IMG/VR virus record: IMGVR_UViG_3300032212_000693 | Coordinates: 1-35,889 of that record | Length of the DNA: 35,889 nucleotides | Source of the DNA: a virus | Lineage: Duplodnaviria > Caudoviricetes | Strand: one strand, 5' to 3' | Shown here: positions 35,545-35,889 of the stretch, one piece after another | Layout: each line of letters starts with the position of its first letter | Position numbering within the stretch: the first letter of the stretch is position 1 | Translations under genes and position numbers: made by a program | The notes under the pieces: model-generated | What the model was told of the DNA's origin: nothing | What the model saw: only the letters and a program-made list of their open reading frames with translations | Database searches by the model: none

Positions 35545-35889
35545 GTGAAGCCCCTTCGATGTTTAATTGCAGGTGTACCTCAAATTATATTGGCGGATAT
35601 AGTTCAGCGAATAGTGCAGGAGAATAACAATGTAGAAGTAATTGCACACGTTTCAGATATTGAAGATGTTCTGCATAAATTAAATGGAAGTAACATTAAT
35701 GTTTTGATAATCGGAATGAAAGGTAATAACACTCCACAGATATATAGAGATATACAGAGTAAGTTTTCTGATCTGTTAATTATAGGTTTAGTAGATGATG
35801 GCAGACAGGCAATTATTTATCTGGATGATGTTGGGTGTAATGAAATTGTCCAGGCAATAAAAATATTTGGTAAAACGGGTAAGGATTAA
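35545..35889 (+). CDS. Stand-alone degenerate receiver-like protein
   Basis: Receiver-like alpha/beta pattern (LRCLIAG, VEVIAHV, INVLIIG, LLIIGL) with no Asp at the acceptor position. GAGG RBS and GTG start. Confidence 0.55.
   Translation: MKPLRCLIAGVPQIILADIVQRIVQENNNVEVIAHVSDIEDVLHKLNGSNINVLIIGMKGNNTPQIYRDIQSKFSDLLIIGLVDDGRQAIIYLDDVGCNEIVQAIKIFGKTGKD

Overview
Positions 1-34126 are the greater part of a temperate P2/HP1/K139-like myovirus prophage, probably in an AT-rich gammaproteobacterium. Its right end is a 46-bp 3' half of tRNA-Lys(UUU) at 34081-34126, next to the integrase. The left junction (intact tRNA) is not in the window. From right to left it carries: int, cI and a divergent cox-like gene; a 919-aa Zn-finger/TOPRIM/P-loop primase-helicase in place of P2 gpA, followed by a symmetric iteron-rich putative origin; small early genes; a RelE/HTH toxin-antitoxin pair with its own promoter and three operators; ogr; portal and terminase; then capsid, tail, lysis, baseplate and fibre genes. 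Left of the tail operon are three cargo genes on the opposite strand (3-TM protein, Apea-like HEPN, DUF2971). The most notable observation is that the HEPN and DUF2971 genes are each followed by an integron attC-like site, one canonical and one decayed. The DUF2971 gene has matching cassette boundaries at both ends, so the prophage appears to carry captured integron cassettes with no integron integrase in view. Right of the att site are a NarL/LuxR regulator, a perfect 22-bp palindrome and a small receiver-like gene. Family calls come from motif recognition and synteny only; no searches were run.
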